A DNA stretch of 64,000 nucleotides from Protoeuglena noctilucae (lineage: Eukaryota). The number at the start of each line of letters is the position of its first letter. The stretch's first letter is position 1. A program made the translations under genes and the position numbers. Under the pieces are notes generated by a model. It was given only the letters and a program-made list of their open reading frames with translations. It had not been told where the DNA came from and did no database searches. The stretch spans positions 806,001-870,000 of the forward strand of contig OY253675.1 in assembly GCA_958009085.1 (NCBI GenBank), read 5' to 3'. Below are positions 62,497 to 64,000 of this stretch, piece after piece.

Positions 62497-64000
62497 ATGG
62501 CTGAGTTCGCTGAAGCGCTCAAGCGCCTGCGGGAGGAGGTGGACAACGCGCCGACCCATGGTCCGTTTTCCAAACGGATGGCGCGCTTATCCACGCCGAC
62601 GAAGCATGAGAGAGACGCGATGCTCGCTTCTCTCGCAGGCGTGAATGGCAGAGCACTTCTCCTGCGCTTCGCGTCCTCGCTACGGCACGACAGCGATGAC
62701 AGAGGGTCGCCGTATGCTCCAGAGGCCAAGCGCAGGCTCGTGGAGCTCCCTGACGGCGGCGCTATCGATCTCGCGGGTGCCGACGAGCCTGCGCGCGTCC
62801 TCCGCGGGCCGCCAGAGGGCCACGCAAGGGATGAGAGCTTCAGCGGCCCGGGCTACCGCCTGGACGCCTTCGCCCTGGGAAAGAAGGGTGAGTCGCGGGC
62901 CGGGCCGAGTAGGTGCCTGCTTGGCGAGGGTCGTTGGTAGTTCGAGATGAAGCATGCGACGTCATTTTCGCTCCCCGTCTTCCGTCCCCAGTGCCCCCCG
63001 AACACCTGCCCTTCGTCGCCTTCCACCCGCGCCTGAGGGTCTCCCGCCAGCACCGGCAGCACGCGGCCGTCACGCTGTTCCGCGGCTACCTCACTCTGGC
63101 ATGCGGCATGTTGGGATACACGTCACAGGAGGCGGCGGAGGCTTTCGTGGTATCTGACCAGGGCAAGAGGTGGTGGGCAGTGGCCAGGGACGCGGCCATG
63201 GCTGACGAGGCAGGTGACCCCTAGTGACGCTCGACATGGGCACCCCACGTTGGCCTGCCGAGCGACCAGAGACTGTCATGGGTATCAAAGACGGGGCCGT
63301 CGTCCTCTGCGCTCAGAGCTCATTTATCGGAAGTGCCCGTCCCCTGCTGAGTACGGCTTATTGGCCTCCCGTGTCCTTCCTGACGCGGACCGCCTCCGAG
63401 TCAAAGCGACGGCCCAGGGGCTGCGGCTGCTGCCCAGCAGTGCGCCCACGGCTGCGGTAACGGAACCCAAGACCCGGATTGGGCCACTCGGGTCACCTTG
63501 TGCATCAAGTGGCGGTGAGGATGGGCCGGGAGAGGTACTGCCGGGCCATGAGCCTGGTGGGGAACAGGACCAAACGGTTGAGAGGAGCAGGCAGGGCATG
63601 GGCGATGCAGCGAGGGGGGCTACGACCGCGGAGACGAGCTCCGATGTCATGCAGACAGACAGACGCATCTTGGGTGGAGGCGACGGGGGCGGGCCTGTGA
63701 AAGCAGCGAGGGCAGGTGGGAGCGTCAAGGGTCGCTACGATGCAGCGCGTACGACGGGGTCGAAGGGGCGTGTGCAGCGTCGGGGAGATGGAGGCGGGGC
63801 AGTGAAGGCGACGAGGATCCGGCAGAGGGTGGCTCAGCTCGCTCGTGAGGCTGGGTTGCTCTCTGACGCGTCGTCCGCGAGCGAGTCGTTGACTTCCACG
63901 TCATCCGGGTCTTCTTCTGGCAGTGAGACGAACGACTCGGGATCCTCTTCATCGGGGGACGAGGGGTCGTCGGCAAGCGGGGAGTCAGGGGGTGACGGAG
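62497..64000 (+). CDS. Hypothetical protein, 5' part (spliced, runs off the window)
   Basis: ATG 62497 is divergent from APC2. Two GT-AG introns lead to an open Ser/Gly-rich frame that continues to the window end. Confidence 0.5.

Noticed and set aside
1..64000. Introner-type repeated introns, selenoprotein readthrough, tRNA/rRNA genes
   Set aside because: By eye the introns are not similar to each other, in-frame stops are explained by introns, and I recognised no structural RNA. A computational screen could still find some.

Overview
GC-rich, gene-dense, intron-rich eukaryotic nuclear DNA, most likely from a green alga (inferred from the SnRK2, CRY-DASH, TAP46, VIP5/RTF1 and plant-type HUS1 genes). 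Most ORFs in the supplied track are shadow ORFs or exon fragments. I reconstructed about 23 spliced genes by eye, so exon boundaries are approximate. In order they are: IDH 3' end, FUSED/STK36, TAP46, HUS1, PGM3/AGM1, a 4-TM protein, GEMIN2, CRY-DASH, RPB3, a transposase, a hypothetical gene, four glycan-modifying enzymes, NDOR1, RTF1, a small GPI-anchored Cys protein, an ABHD hydrolase, a lipoyl-KGD4 protein, a rhomboid, SnRK2, a kinesin-4/KIF27-like motor, APC2 and a partial hypothetical gene. Main highlights: (1) four consecutive predicted type II membrane enzymes (methyltransferase, GT90, FkbM-like methyltransferase, GT71) that may form a methylated-glycan biosynthetic cluster; (2) an apparently intact 5.57-kb CMC/Plavaka-like DNA transposon with TIRs, subterminal repeats and a 2-bp TSD, inserted between divergent genes upstream of RPB3; (3) a Ly6/uPAR three-finger-like GPI protein and a PLP/M6-like tetraspan, both families normally regarded as animal-type; (4) a lipoyl domain fused to a KGD4/MRPS36-like module; (5) many GC-AG introns.
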